This document shows positions 39,964-52,594 of a stretch of 64,000 bases of DNA, one piece after another (position 1 is the first letter of the stretch; every line of letters starts with the position of its first letter). The position numbers and the translations under genes were made by a program. The stretch lies in assembly GCA_043228905.1 (NCBI GenBank), contig JBHGNT010000001.1, positions 9,734,001 to 9,798,000 on the forward strand. The letters are read 5' to 3'. Below the pieces are notes generated by a model. The model had not been told where the DNA came from. It worked only from the letters and a program-made list of their open reading frames with translations, and ran no database searches. Origin of the DNA: Azolla caroliniana (Eukaryota > Plantae > Polypodiophyta).

Positions 39964-41115
39964 GACACTGATAATATCTAAAATTATTGAAATCACTTCT
40001 TTCATTATGAAAACTTCTCCATTTAAATGGAGAAGCGCCATTACCTGAACAGGTTGTAAAACATAGATTATCTAGACATGATTATCAATGGAGAATACTT
40101 TGTGTCAGCTACCGCAAAGTGGTCACAAATAGAAGATTTTCTCTTGAGATCTGATGCCTTATGATTATCCTATCCATCTTTTCTTTCGTATTAATTAAGG
40201 TTACCACGTTAGGTTTGCAAGCTTTAAACAAATTTTACATATGATTCCCATCGTCATGATTTAGGGGAAATTTTTGTTCTATATATGCCTTACCCACAAA
40301 TCCTTGTGTAAATTGAGATTAGATAAAGCTGTCTGGATTATGGTTGATCGAACATATACAAACAATTACAGTAGCCAAAGGCTCAGTTTACACGATGGGC
40401 CAAGCAGTCCTTGCCAAGATGGCATCAGATTCCTAACCATATTTGTTCCTTCATCTACACATGCATTTAATGTCTAAAAATTCTTGATAGAAATTGTTCA
40501 CATGGATGCAATCTTTTGGGTGGCAATATAGTCAAACAATTACTCTACTTTATTTCTTTCTATACAGTCCTCTTGCTGTCTTGATGATTAGATGATTTTG
40601 ACAATTTTAGTATAATTTCACCTGTTGCTTTGGTTGGCAAAAATGTTCCAGGTTTGCTTCCTTGTCGAAATTTCCAACATAAGTCCGTAGTTAATTTAAA
40701 TGCAGAATTCCACCATATTTAGCCATGTACTAATGACATTCACATGAGTTTGTAGTTACATGCACAATTTGTAACATGAGCTTCTATTTGACCAATTCAT
40801 GCATGTTGACTTACTATTGGGCAATTAGTAATTAAATATATAGTGAGCGAAGATAATTTGGTAACTATTCAAAATTAATCTTCATACCCTCACATAGGGT
40901 CATCAAATCTATTCATTGAAATGCAACTTCCCTGTGATTATGAACCTACTTTGAACCAAGCATACAAGCAAATTCGAAAATAATCAACCACATAATCTTT
41001 TATGACTTTATACAAGCATATGTTTTGGTAATTCTCCCTTTATCATGTAGGCTTTGTCAATTAGTTGATTGCGCCATGTGTATTATATATTTGTGCACTC
41101 ACTTGCTATTAGTTT

Positions 41116-41405
41116 TGTAAAGATGTAGAGAGGTAGGTGGCGTTATGTAGCAGAATAAGCTTGAGTGTGTGTGTGTGTGCACGTGAAGCAACACAGAGAG
41201 AGACATACAAACAGATAGAGAGTAAAAGGTTAGAATAAAAAACTATATATTACATCCAAGAACGACTAAGTTACAAAAAGTTGGTTTAAATACCAACTAG
41301 TTTAGGGCAAATGCCCTTTCTACTAATTACAGAAATGTCCTAGTAAGTTGTCCACCGCCTATTGTGAACACTATTCCTATGGGAAGTTGAGTTGGATTCT
41401 CAACA
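41116..41405 (-). repeat. 3' LTR of the minus-strand copia
   Basis: Near-identical (roughly 95% by eye) to 46330-46854 once the insertion in that LTR is removed. Confidence 0.95.
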
Positions 41406-43982
41406 TGCCCCTTCAAACACAACTTCTGAATGTCGAAAAGTTCTGTCGGTTCGGTCTTCGAAGTACTTCGATGATCGCTTCGTGCTCGTTGCACAGCTTA
41501 ACTGTCATCGTCAAACTTTGACCCTCTGGTCAACTTCGATCGAGTGATTGGCTATTGTTCGGTGTCGGTTGCTACTGTACACCCTCTTAAACTCGGCAAT
41601 GTAGAAATCGTGAGACCAAGGTTTGATATGAATTGCCTGAGTTTGTCAACTCCTAAGGCCTTCGTAAAGCTATCAAGAACCTGGAGGTTCGTACTGATAT
41701 GTTGTAAATCGATATCACCAACCTGAATGCATTCACGAATAAAGTGACAGTGCACTTCGATGTGTTTAGTTCGCATGTGGAATACCGGGTTCTGAGCGAG
41801 ATAGATGTTGCTCATGTTGTCGCAGTAGAGGCGAATTCGATACGTGATGGGAATGCCCATATCCTTCAAGATGCGTTTGAGCCAAAAAGCTTCGCACGCG
41901 ATGAGTGTCGTGCCCCTGTATTCGGCCTCTGTACTTGACAGTGCGACTGTCGGTTGCTTCTTGCTACTCCAGGAGATTGCTCCGCTGTCGAGAGAGAAAA
42001 CGAATCTGGAGGTTGAACGTCTATCGGCCTTATAGCCTGCCCAATCCGCGTCTAGGTACCCTTTGAGTTGAATAAGCGTATTTGACTTATACATGATACC
42101 GTAATCCATCGTCATACTGCCATACCGAAGTATCCTCTTAGCGCAATCGAGATAATCATTTCGTGGGTTTTGCATAAATTGGCTAAGTAGGCTAACCAAA
42201 TAGTCGAGGTTAGGGTGTGATGGTTAGATAGATCAGGTTGCCCATCAGTTGTCGATACTGAGTCGGCTTGCACTCGGCTGTGCCCAAATTGACATTGAGC
42301 TTGAGATTTCAGTCGAGAGGAGTAGATTGAGGTTTGCACTCTGTCATTCTGAACTTGTACAATAAGTTCAGGATGTAGTGTCGTTGAGAGATCAATATCT
42401 CGACTGGTATCCGAATTACTTCAATACAAAGGAAGTAATGGAGCTCGTGCATATCTTTCATTTCGAATATGACATATTGGAGTGATTTTACCTTATTAAT
42501 CTTGACGAGATCCTTTCCTCTGATGACCAGATCATCCACGTACAAGATGATAACAATCGGGTTGTTTGACTCGTTTCGGATGTACATGGCGTTGTCCGAT
42601 TTTGACATTCGAAAGTCAATTTGATAAAGATCTTGAGTGATCTTCGAATGCCAAGCACGCGGTGCTTGCTTAAGGCTGTAGAGTGGCTTCTTTAGTCTAC
42701 AGATTGTTTTCAATTGATTTTCTGATTCGAAACCTGGGGGTTGAGTCATGAAGACCTCCTCTTCTAATTATCCTTGGAGGAAGGCGTTCTTTATGTCCAT
42801 GTGGTGGAGATGCCACCCTTTCGCCACTGCGAATGCAATAATTGTCCGCGTCGTTGTCATCTTTGTCATCGGGGCACATGTCTCCTCGTAATCGACTACG
42901 TGTGTTTACACGTATCCCTTTGCGACGAGTTGTGCTTTGAAACGATTTACTGAGCCATCGACATTGTATTTGAGCTCATAAATCCATTTGCAACCAATCG
43001 CCTTCCTATGAGGTGAATGGGGAACAAGATCCCATGTCTCATTTTTGCACAAGGCCTACATTTCTTCATCTATCGCGTCGACCCATCGCGGGTCCTTCAC
43101 GACTTCGGAAGATGTTTCCGGCTCTGGGAACGTTGCTACCTTCATCATAAAGGCGTACTGATATACCATGTACTCATCGTAGCCGACTTAGCTTACAGGG
43201 TCTTTTCATGGGTGGACCAATGTAACTTCTTGTTCGTAGAGACTAATGCTTTATTCATTCCATTTGTCCATATGTCGAGGCCTTCGAACTCACTGTCGAG
43301 GGAGTGAGTTGACTCATTGTCCATTAGGTCTTCATATTCTGGCATTTTTGCCTTCCCCTTGTCTAGCTTTGGAGTTGGCCGAGATGTGTTGTGATCACTC
43401 GGAGGCTCTTGTGGGTCACTCAGCCTTGTTGTAATCGGGTTGTCTTCGTACATGTGTCTGAGTCGATCTGCTTCTTGTATTTCTTGTTCGGCTGATTTTG
43501 GGTCAAAATGGATTAGAGTTGAGATCGTCTCTGGTTCGTACTAGGATGCTGACTCGTCGAAAATGACATCTCGACTCACACGAACCTTCCTAGTAGAGGG
43601 GTTATAACACTTGTACCCCTTTTGCTCCAGTGAGTATCCTATGAGGATAAATTTCTCTGATTTTGGGTCGAGCTTTTGTCGCTTCTCATCGGGGATGTGC
43701 ACGTATGCAATGGAGCCGAATATCCGAACATGCGATAGATCCAACCTCTTTCCAAAAAACTTTTCGTGCGGGGTAACCTCATGCACGCCGGATGTTGTAC
43801 ACCGGTTCATTAGGTAGATGACTGTGTTAGCCACTTCTACCCAGTATGATTTCGGCAGGTTCTTCTCGTTCATCATTGCCCATGCAACCTCTATTATATG
43901 CTGATTCTTTCGTTCAGCTACTCCGTTTTGTTGAGGTGTGTGCCGGCATGAGAATTCTCGTCGAATTCCTTCCTTTTAAAGA

Positions 43983-44422
43983 TGTTGAGAGATCAAGCTC
44001 AACTTAGTTTAGTTAGTTAGTCAACCATGTAACTTCGTAGTTACCTAGATAGAATCTAGTTAGAAGTGTTGACTATAACAACTTAAATAGGACCTTGTAC
44101 TTAAGTAGGATATTCTAGATCCTCCACTCCCAAGGTCATTTAATATAGGACTTACACGGTTGTACCTATATTCTCCTCACACATGTGCACCCTTGCACAT
44201 GAGATCTATATATACCTCATTGATGGTATTTTTGTATTTGATGATGATGATAATGCTAATTTAACATAATTACTCATCCCCCATCTTGTGTTCATAAGTG
44301 TATCTCTCTCTCTCTCTCCTCTCACACACATACACACACATATCACTTAATCTTACGCTTAACTTCATCACATAATTAGGTACTAATTAACCCATACTTA
44401 ATTAATCACCTAATTATTAACA
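43983..44422. mobile_element. Solo LTR inserted in the integrase of the host copia
   Basis: TGTTG...TAACA termini, internal TATATATA and CT/CA tracts. It splits the integrase peptide EYFSSEFTAYL|..KEGIRREFSCRHTPQQNG. Flanks AAAGA/TGAGA are only a 3/5 TSD match. Confidence 0.75.
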
Positions 44423-46317
44423 TGAGATACGCCGTAAATTCGCTTGAGAAATATTCCATGCCTCCATCTTAACAAAGGTAGCGCACCTGCCGACCCGTGC
44501 CTTTTTCGACTTCATTTTTGAACTTTTGGAAGTGTCTGAACACTTTGCTCTTTTGTCTCATAGGGTAGATCCAGGTGTGCCTTGAGAAGTCGTCGATAAA
44601 TGTGACATAGTATCGACAACTGCCGAATGTTTCCATCTGGGTTGGTCCCCACACATATGAATGTACTACATCCAGGATCCCTTTCCTCACATTCCTCTCT
44701 TTCGGGAATGGATGTCGGCTTTGTTTTCCAAACTGGCACTCTTCGCATATGCTTGTAATCTCTCTATCCGTAAAGTTCAGAAGTCTGATGGTGACTCCTT
44801 TAGATTGCATGTTCTGGAGCTTCTAGAGATTAATGTGGCCAATTCGCTTGTGCCATAGTTTCAAGTCGGTTTCTACTTTAAGACCTTTTGCATACATTGT
44901 CAACTTTACCTCGTTTGATTCGAGGATAAACATTCTGCCTTCTCAACGACCGTGAGCAATGAGGCGACCTTCTTTTTCGATGAAGCACCCTTCATCATTG
45001 AACCGGACTTGCATCCCTTGTTCGACAATATGGCCTACCGCGACCAGGTTTTTAGTGATGGTTGGGACATGCAAGACATTTTTGAGGTAGGTTTGTTTGT
45101 CGTCATTCTCGAATGGGAGGTTTCCGATGTGCAGTATTGAATGAGTCGTGTCATTGCTTGTTTCGACATAACCGAGCCGATCAGGCTTTCGTAATTCTCG
45201 GAACCAATTTCCATGAGACGTCATATGATTGGACACTCCCGATTCAAAAAACTATACATTATCCAAGGTTGAGGTGCTTGTCTCACCTTGTGTCGACATC
45301 GAATGCGCTTTGTGCCTCATCATAAACATTCCGCTACGATCATCGTAGTTGGAATTCGAGGCGTAATTTGTAAGTTGTCGGTTGGTCGACGCCGACTCTC
45401 ACTTCTTCTTGCGGCACTCTTCTTCGTAGTGGCCGAATTTCCCGTAGTATCCACACTGAATGGAATTGATTTGTTGGCTAGGTCTAGCATGATTACTCCC
45501 CCTTCTTCCAGACGCTCCACCTAGCGTGTTCAAGACATCCTGTCGGTAATAGAGATTTTGTTTTCGGGATTGCTCCTAGTTATGTCGGCCTTTGCCAAAT
45601 CGGCCTCTCCTTCCGCAATCGTGTCCTCTTCCTCCATCAAAATTCGAATATAGCATTTGTCCATCGCGTTGTTCCTTTGGTGAAGATTCTCCTTGACCAA
45701 CAATATCGACTGGAAATCGAAGGAGGGAGGATTCTCTCTCGCAAGAATGGTTGTTCTTATTGTGCAATCGATGTGCCAAGCCTCTGAGACATATCTGCAC
45801 CATTTCGTCGTTGTAAATGCTGACATTGATCGACCCGAGGGCGTCGCACAGCTCCTTGATCTTCAAGGTGTAATTGCCGATTGACACGTCCCTCTATTGA
45901 ATACCGTTCAACTCTTGATGAAGTTGAAGCTTATGGGCAACCGTATTGGCCACGAAGATTTTCTTGAGGTTTCCCCACGCCTCCTTCAGCGTTTTTGCCA
46001 CTCGAATATATCCGAGCATGTGATCATGTATGCATGATGCAAGGCAGTACAACACATGGCTTGCGGCCTACTCCTAAGCTGGGTAGTCAGTGTGTGTTGG
46101 GTTGGGTTGCATTTCGTGAGCTCCCTCGATGTAGCTTCTGTAACCTTGTCCGACAAGGTATTTATGCATCTTGTACTCCCAAGATGCGAAGTTTGTTCTA
46201 TCAAGCTTCTTGGTAGGAAGAGCGCTTCCCATCTAAGTGTTCATTGTCGATTTCTTCTTTGTTGTTCGTCAATGTGCAACACAACATTCATGAGTAAGCT
46301 TGATTAAACAACCACAT

Positions 46318-46329
46318 GCTCTGATACCA
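46318..46329 (-). other. Primer-binding site complementary to the tRNA-iMet 3' end
   Basis: TGGTATCAGAGC on the minus strand immediately internal to the 5' LTR. Confidence 0.9.
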
Positions 46330-46854
46330 TGTAAAGATGTAGGGAGGTGGGTGGCGTTATGTAGCGGAAGGAAGCTTGAGTGTGTATGTGTGCGCACGTG
46401 AAGCAAGAGAGACAGAGAGAGTAAAAAAAAAAGAAAAGGGATGCCCAAATGGATGTAGCTCAGTTGGTAAGGTTGCCCAATGGAGACCAGGTGGTCATGG
46501 GTTCAACCCCTACATTCCACAGTGGCATCTAATGAAATAGAGATATATATGAAGTATATAATAGAGAGGTGAGGAAATTGGGTTTTGAACCCAAGACACA
46601 ATGCTTGTAGTGTTATCAACTTACCACTAGGGTAAGCTAATTATGATAAAAAAAAAGGAGAGAGTAAAACAAGAGAGCTTAAAATTAGAAACTATATATT
46701 ACATCCAACAACGACTAAGTTATGAAAGGTTGGTTTAAATACCAACTAGTTTAGGGAAAATGCCCTTTCTACTAATTACAGAAATGTCCTAGTAAGTTGT
46801 CCACCGCCTAGTGTGAACACTATTCCTATGGGAAGTTGAGTTCGATTCTCAACA
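46330..46854 (-). repeat. 5' LTR of the minus-strand copia (interrupted)
   Basis: Matches 41116-41405 except for the insertion at about 46427-46657. Confidence 0.95.
46427..46657. mobile_element. tRNA-derived SINE-like insertion with two opposed tRNA-like heads
   Basis: 12-bp TSD GAGAGAGTAAAA (46415-46426 and 46658-46669). Plus-strand A box TAGCTCAGTTGG and B box GGTTCAACCCC (46451-46519). Minus-strand A-like CTAGTGGTAAG and B-like GGTTCAAAACCC (about 46570-46640). A-rich ends. Absent from the sister LTR. Confidence 0.7.
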
Positions 46855-47810
46855 AGTTTATTTGGGTAGATGTACTATGATTTCATGTTAGAAGATTTCA
46901 TATCTCGTGACAATTTAGTATTTGTATGTCATAACTATTTGAGAGAATAGGCATCATGATAGTGAAATCAATCCATGGCATCTTTTTTCTATCGTAAGGA
47001 TCTAACAAGGTTGTAATTATGCTTTAAGTGAGGACTCTTTGCTATGACTAGGGATCACATGGCCAAGACTACATGCATTTAACTTTCACTTGCTTCGACA
47101 TTACGTTGAAGAAGTATCTAATGACTTAAGATCCTTTACCTTACTTTATCTCCATAATTTTGAGACAAATCCATTATTCCCATATTTGAAAATGAGGACA
47201 ATCAATATATCTCCTCATAATAAAAAAACTTTGATCGAAGTAGAAAGGCTTTTGAGACATTAGGTTGTAAAACAAACTCAAAACAAACTTATAAGGGTCA
47301 ATGGAAGTCACAATAATGATGCGCTATCTCTATATCTAGAAAAATGTGATCATTGATGAGAGAAACCATCATGTTGAAGAGGAAAGGGTTTAGTACGGAA
47401 AACACATGTATCCATTTCCAAAAAACTCTTTGAATTGATATAATGTTAACCAATAACAAATTTATTACTTGTGACGTCTTTGTAAGAGGAGTGTCTAATC
47501 ATCTTTTTTTTGTCTCTCTTGGAGAAACAACCTAATGAATGGATCTCATGGATGAAGCTTCAGCATGCCTAGTATAGTTATTAAGATGACACTCCATAGG
47601 CAAAGGAAACAACAATACGAAGGCTTTATATGTATTGATTTGTCATTGGCATTCAATTTTAACGTTCCAACACCTTTTTCCTATTAGTAGGGAAGGTTAC
47701 ACATCAAGAACATTACTTGTAACCCAGGATATGCTAAGGAAGCACAACGAAACATTGGGACACATGAAACTATCTTGGGGACGTCATATTCATGGAGATA
47801 CGTAGTGTGT

Positions 47811-47841
<31 letters not shown>

Positions 47842-48794
47842 GGGGGGTACACTTCAATATGTTTACAAGAAGCTTTGATTTTAGAAATTTTCGGTGAAAT
47901 TATTTATTATTGTTTTGAAATAGGTTTGGAAGTTTTATGTCCCAACGTGCCCCCTCTTGGGGCAGATGCTTGTTGTTTTCTCACTCTTCCATATATCAAC
48001 AACCCCACAAACATGCAACCGAGAAACACTCCTCTCGGATACAACACCAAATAGTAGTCAAGAAATGTTGGTGCATTAGAACTCTCAATGTGCACCTTTC
48101 TTAGCCTTTCCTTATGGTCTTTCATATGGTGTGTTGAATGGGGGACTATGTGCAATGAAATCATATGTTTTTTTTTTAATGCTGCTGCGTGTGATTGTTC
48201 TTGTCCGGAGTAGCATATGTGCCGTGAGTGAGGGTGAGATTGGGGTGTGTCTTGGGTTTTCTTAGAAGCAGCAACAAGATTTGAGTGTGAATTGGATTGA
48301 ATAGTTACACAAATACAAGAAGAAGAACAATTGGAGGAATGAATGGATAGAAGCAAAAAAAACATTAGAGGAAGGAGTCTTAAAATATATAAATGTAAAT
48401 AAAAAAGAAAATCAAATAAAAATTGAATAAATAAAAAATAGAAAGGTAACTAAAATAATAACTGACCCCCCCCCCCCCCTTTCAATAACTGAACCAAATT
48501 CTACACCTCCCTCTTTCATTTTTTTAAAACCTTTTCCGTTTTTGTAATTATTTTTAATTTTAAGTTCCATTCCCCTTCATTAGATTTATCCCCGTTCTAT
48601 TCACTTAGTTTTTAATGTTTTATGTTTTCTGAGCTAAAATAAAGAGAACCAAAAATTAAATATACGTAATCAGACCAATGCATAAAACAAAACAGAAAAG
48701 TAAATGAATGAATTCAATGAGTAGAAATAAATAACGACAATATTAGGAATAAAAGGAAAAAAAACATTGAGCGGAATTTCGAAAAACAAAAATC

Positions 48795-49035
48795 AAGCAT
48801 ATTTTAAGAAAAGAAAAAGAAAAGAAAGATAAAGATAAAAATATAAAAATAAAAATAAAAATAAAAATAAAAATAAAGATGAAGATAAAATTGAAAATGA
48901 AAATGAAAATGAAAATAAAAATAAAGATAAAAAATGAGAATAAAAAAATAAATAATAAAATAATAGAGCTAAAAATAAATATGAAAATGAAAATAAATAA
49001 ATAATGAAAATGGAAAAAAATAAAATAAAATACAT
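48795..49035. repeat. A-rich low-complexity tract (AAAAAT-like units)
   Basis: Tandem AAAAAT/AAAATG/AAAGAT units upstream of the COBRA gene. Confidence 0.9.
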
Positions 49036-49160
49036 CTCTGACAAGCATTGAAGGTTTTTTTTTTTTTAATTATACAAGAAGCCGCCAAAATGCAGAGGGC
49101 AGTGCAGAGCTCAAAAATGTGTAGACACAGCAGAGACAGAGAGAGAGCTATGGTCTGTCT

Positions 49161-49203
<43 letters not shown>

Positions 49204-49623
49204 CTCTCTGCCTAACATACACACACACACACACACACACTGAAAAACGCATGGAAACTCGGGGCTGTGTTTTAATTGATTTTTATGTCACTTATTCAAT
49301 GCTCATTTTTCTTTCCACAAAATATAAATAAAACCCACCCCCCCTCCCTCCAACAAAAAAAACACAAATAACAGAAAATTAAACTCTCTCTCTCTCTCTC
49401 TCTCTCCATTTCCCTGTTTCTGTCTCTGTTTCTGTGTGTGTGTGTGTGTGTGTGTCTATCTCTCTCTCTCTCTCTCTCTCTCTGTGTTTGTCTTCAGAGC
49501 TTTGGAGGAGGAGGAGAAACAGGGGAGGGGCAAAGTTGCAGTTCTGAAAACAGAGTAGTAGAAATAGTAGTAGTAGTAGTAGTGTCATTTCTCCCCCACT
49601 CTCACACAATAAAGCAAGGAATA

Positions 49624-49704
49624 ATGGCTTCTTTCAGATGTTTTCTGCAGCATGTGTTCACTGTCTCTCTACTTTTCTTCCTCAATGAACCCTCCACTGG
49701 TAAA

Positions 49705-49740
<36 letters not shown>

Positions 49741-52594
49741 TCTCTTTCACACACACACACACATTCTCATTCTCCTTTCCCGCAAAATTAATTTTCTCCA
49801 CTTTATTCTATAATTTACAACACTAATGATGATTAAGTGCCATTATCTGTTTTCTCTCTGTTCTTTCCCTTCTACCTTTCTACTGCTCTCTAATGAATCA
49901 TTCCTCCACCCCCCCCTCTCTCTCTCTCTCTCTCTGTTCTTGGTTTAGATGCTTATGATCCACTGGACCCAAATGGAAACATTACAATCAAATGGGACGT
50001 CATGTCATGGACAGGAGACGGTTATGTGGTAAGTTATATTCAACATTTCCCCCTCTTAAAAAACTCTCACTTCTATCATTTTGAAGGTAATAAAACAGGA
50101 TCAACTCCATATCCATTCATGAAAATAGCGAATGATTATCTTCATATGCCATGCATGTAACCGACCTTTGTTCTGCTGATTTCAATGGGCTTTTTTCCCA
50201 TCAAAAGGAGCGTTTTAACTTCCTAGCAGTGCACTGCCTCAGAAGTTCATGGGGGGGCCGATTTTATGAAATTGCTGTTTAACTTCGTACTTCATGTTAA
50301 GTGCATGGGCTGCTCATGTTGGTCTTCTAAAAATGAGGATTAAATTCATTGCTATCTTCACGGAGTTCATTTGAAAACAATGGGAAGTAACGCCATTACA
50401 TACGTGAATTCTATTCGCATGTATTAAAATCAAGGCCTCATTTGTTTTTTATTATCAGAACGGTAACTAACTGCAGAAACTATGTTGATTTTCACAAGGC
50501 TGATTTGATCAAAACCAGGAAAAATGACCATGAACCATTTCTTAAACATCATCATCATGCTTACACAAGGCTGATTTGATCAAAACCAGGAAAAATGACC
50601 ATGAACCATTGCTTAAAGATCATCATCATGCCTACACACATTTGATTTATTACATACAAAAAAGAGGTAATTTATGGGTGCGTTTTATTTAATGATTGTC
50701 CAGGCAGTGGTGACGATATACAACTTCCAACAATACAGGCACATTGAGGCACCAGGATGGGTACTAGGATGGCATTGGGCAGAGAAGGAGATAATATGGT
50801 CAATGGTGGGTGGACAGGCCACACTACAGGGGGATTGCTCCCGGTTCCGCAACGGCCCGGCTCCGCATTCATGCTTGAGGAGCCCATCCATAGTGGACCT
50901 ATTGCCAGGGGTATCTTATAATAACCAAATCTCCAACTGTTGTAAAGGTGGTGTGTTGGCCTCATGGGGCCAAGACCCTGCATCAGCTGTGGCCTCTTTT
51001 CAGATCAGTGTTGGAGAATCAGGAAGTAGTAACTCCACTGTGAAACTGCCCAGGAATTTTACACTCAATACCCCTGGCCCTGGATATACCTGTGGCCAAG
51101 CCAAAGTTGTGAAACCAAGCTTGTTTTCATCTGCAGATGGTAGGAGGAAGACCCAGGCTTACAGTAAGTCCTTGCTTTTTATTTGATGCATTGCAAATGC
51201 TTTTACTCTTAATACTGCAGAACAGACAAAAAGGAATTGTTTCTAATATCTGTTTTTCATATGTATGCAGTGACATGGAATGTTACCTGTAGCTACTCTC
51301 AGTTCCTTGCACAAAGAGGTCCAAGTTGTTGTGTCTCCTTCTCATCCTTCTACAATGAGGCTATTGTGCCATGCCCTACTTGTGCATGTGGATGCCAACA
51401 CAACAACAGCTGTTATGAGTAATTCTCCTCTCTCCTTCATCTCTTGCTCCCATAACTCAACTATGTAATGTCAATTCTCCTGCTAGTTATGGAAGGATCA
51501 TGTTTTCACATGATCCTTCCATAACTAGCAGATTTACAATTCATTTTCTCTGCAAGTTTCTAGAGATGATAAGAATTTGATGATGCCACATATCTAGCTT
51601 CCCATGGTAGTGTATTTCTAACGAGAGATGTTGTCTGTGATGTGATGATAATAGGGCTCCTCCATTGCAAAGTGTACTTAGCTCAGGGTCAAATGCACTT
51701 ACACCTCATCGAACCGCACCTCAAATTCATTGCACAAATGACATGTGCCCCATCAGGCTCCATTGGCATGTGAAGCAAAATTACAAATCTTATTGGAGAG
51801 TGAAGCTCACCATTAGCAACAGAAACTATGCGTGGAACTACTCCCAATGGAATGTGGTAGTCCAACACCCCAATTTTCACAACCTTACCGAAGTCTTTAG
51901 CTTCACATACAAAAGCCTCAACCCTTATGGCAGTGGCATCAGTAAGTTTATTGTTAGATTGTGTGATATTCCAAGAAAGACCTTCATTATGGATTCTGGA
52001 AAATGAAGTATCAAAGTGCAAATAATGGAGTTCCTCATATCCATACTATATAGTCTATAGATTCTAGAACAAAAAAGAAAGAAAGATTGAGTGCCTCTTA
52101 CAATGAACATTATATACATGATGCTTAAGGTTGTGGTCTAATATATATACTATGTTCAATGTAAAAGGCAGTCAATCTATTTAGTTCCAGAATCCATAGG
52201 CAACCTTATACAACGTTTAATTGTTTTCATCATACCCATAAAGATGTTGCTTTCACATTGTGTTATTTTGTTTTAACATTTATTGCATTTGAATTGAATG
52301 TCAGATGATACTGCCATGTTTTGGGGCATCAAATACTACAATGATTTGCTAATGCAAGCTGGTGAAGACGGGAATGTGCAATCAGAAATCCTCTTCCAGA
52401 AGGATAAAGACACATTTTCTTTCTCAGAAGGATGGGCTTTTCCTCAAAGGGTTTACTTTAATGGAGATGCATGTGTACTACCACCCCCAGATGCTTATCC
52501 ATCTCTACCGAATGGAATATCTTCAATGGCGGTGAATAAGTCCATTATCATTTTGCTCCCATTGATGATATTTGCGCTTATTTGCCTCCTATAG
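49624..52594 (+). CDS. COB: COBRA-family GPI-anchored extracellular protein, 6 exons, ~446 aa
   Basis: Exons 49624-49699, 49949-50028, 50704-51163, 51271-51418, 51655-51941, 52305-52594 (1341 nt). Signal peptide, YDPLDPNGNITIKWD, NCCKGG, CCVSFSSFYN (CCVS), HWHVKQNYKSYWRVK, GWAFPQRVYFNGD and a hydrophobic GPI tail. Assignment to a specific COB or COBL paralogue is uncertain. Confidence 0.93.
50493..50638. repeat. 71-bp tandem duplication in COBRA intron 2
   Basis: CACAAGGCTGATTTGATCAAAACCAGGAAAAATGACCATGAACCATT... x2 with about 3 mismatches. Confidence 0.9.
51480..51531. repeat. Perfect 24-bp-stem hairpin in COBRA intron 4
   Basis: CTGCTAGTTATGGAAGGATCATGT-TTTC-ACATGATCCTTCCATAACTAGCAG. Confidence 0.9.

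Larger units (their letters stand above)
41116..46854 (-). mobile_element. Full-length (decayed) Ty1/copia LTR retrotransposon with nested insertions
   Basis: LTRs 41116-41405 and 46330-46854 (TG...CA). 5-bp TSD AGTTT at 41111-41115 and 46855-46859. tRNA-iMet PBS TGGTATCAGAGC. PPT GAAGGGGCA. Minus-strand order is gag, protease (SNHMT), integrase (CEECQFGKQ, HSYVWGP, TPQQNGVAER), RT (LKQAPRAW, LYVDD), RNase H (DADWAG, SSTEAEY, RTKHIEV). Confidence 0.97.

Noticed and set aside
46451-46519. Functional tRNA gene
   Set aside because: The anticodon arm is not canonical and the sequence sits inside a TSD-flanked insertion, so it is better explained as SINE-derived.
48743-49048. Hydrophobic Phe/Ile-rich ORFs
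   Set aside because: Translations of an A-rich simple repeat.
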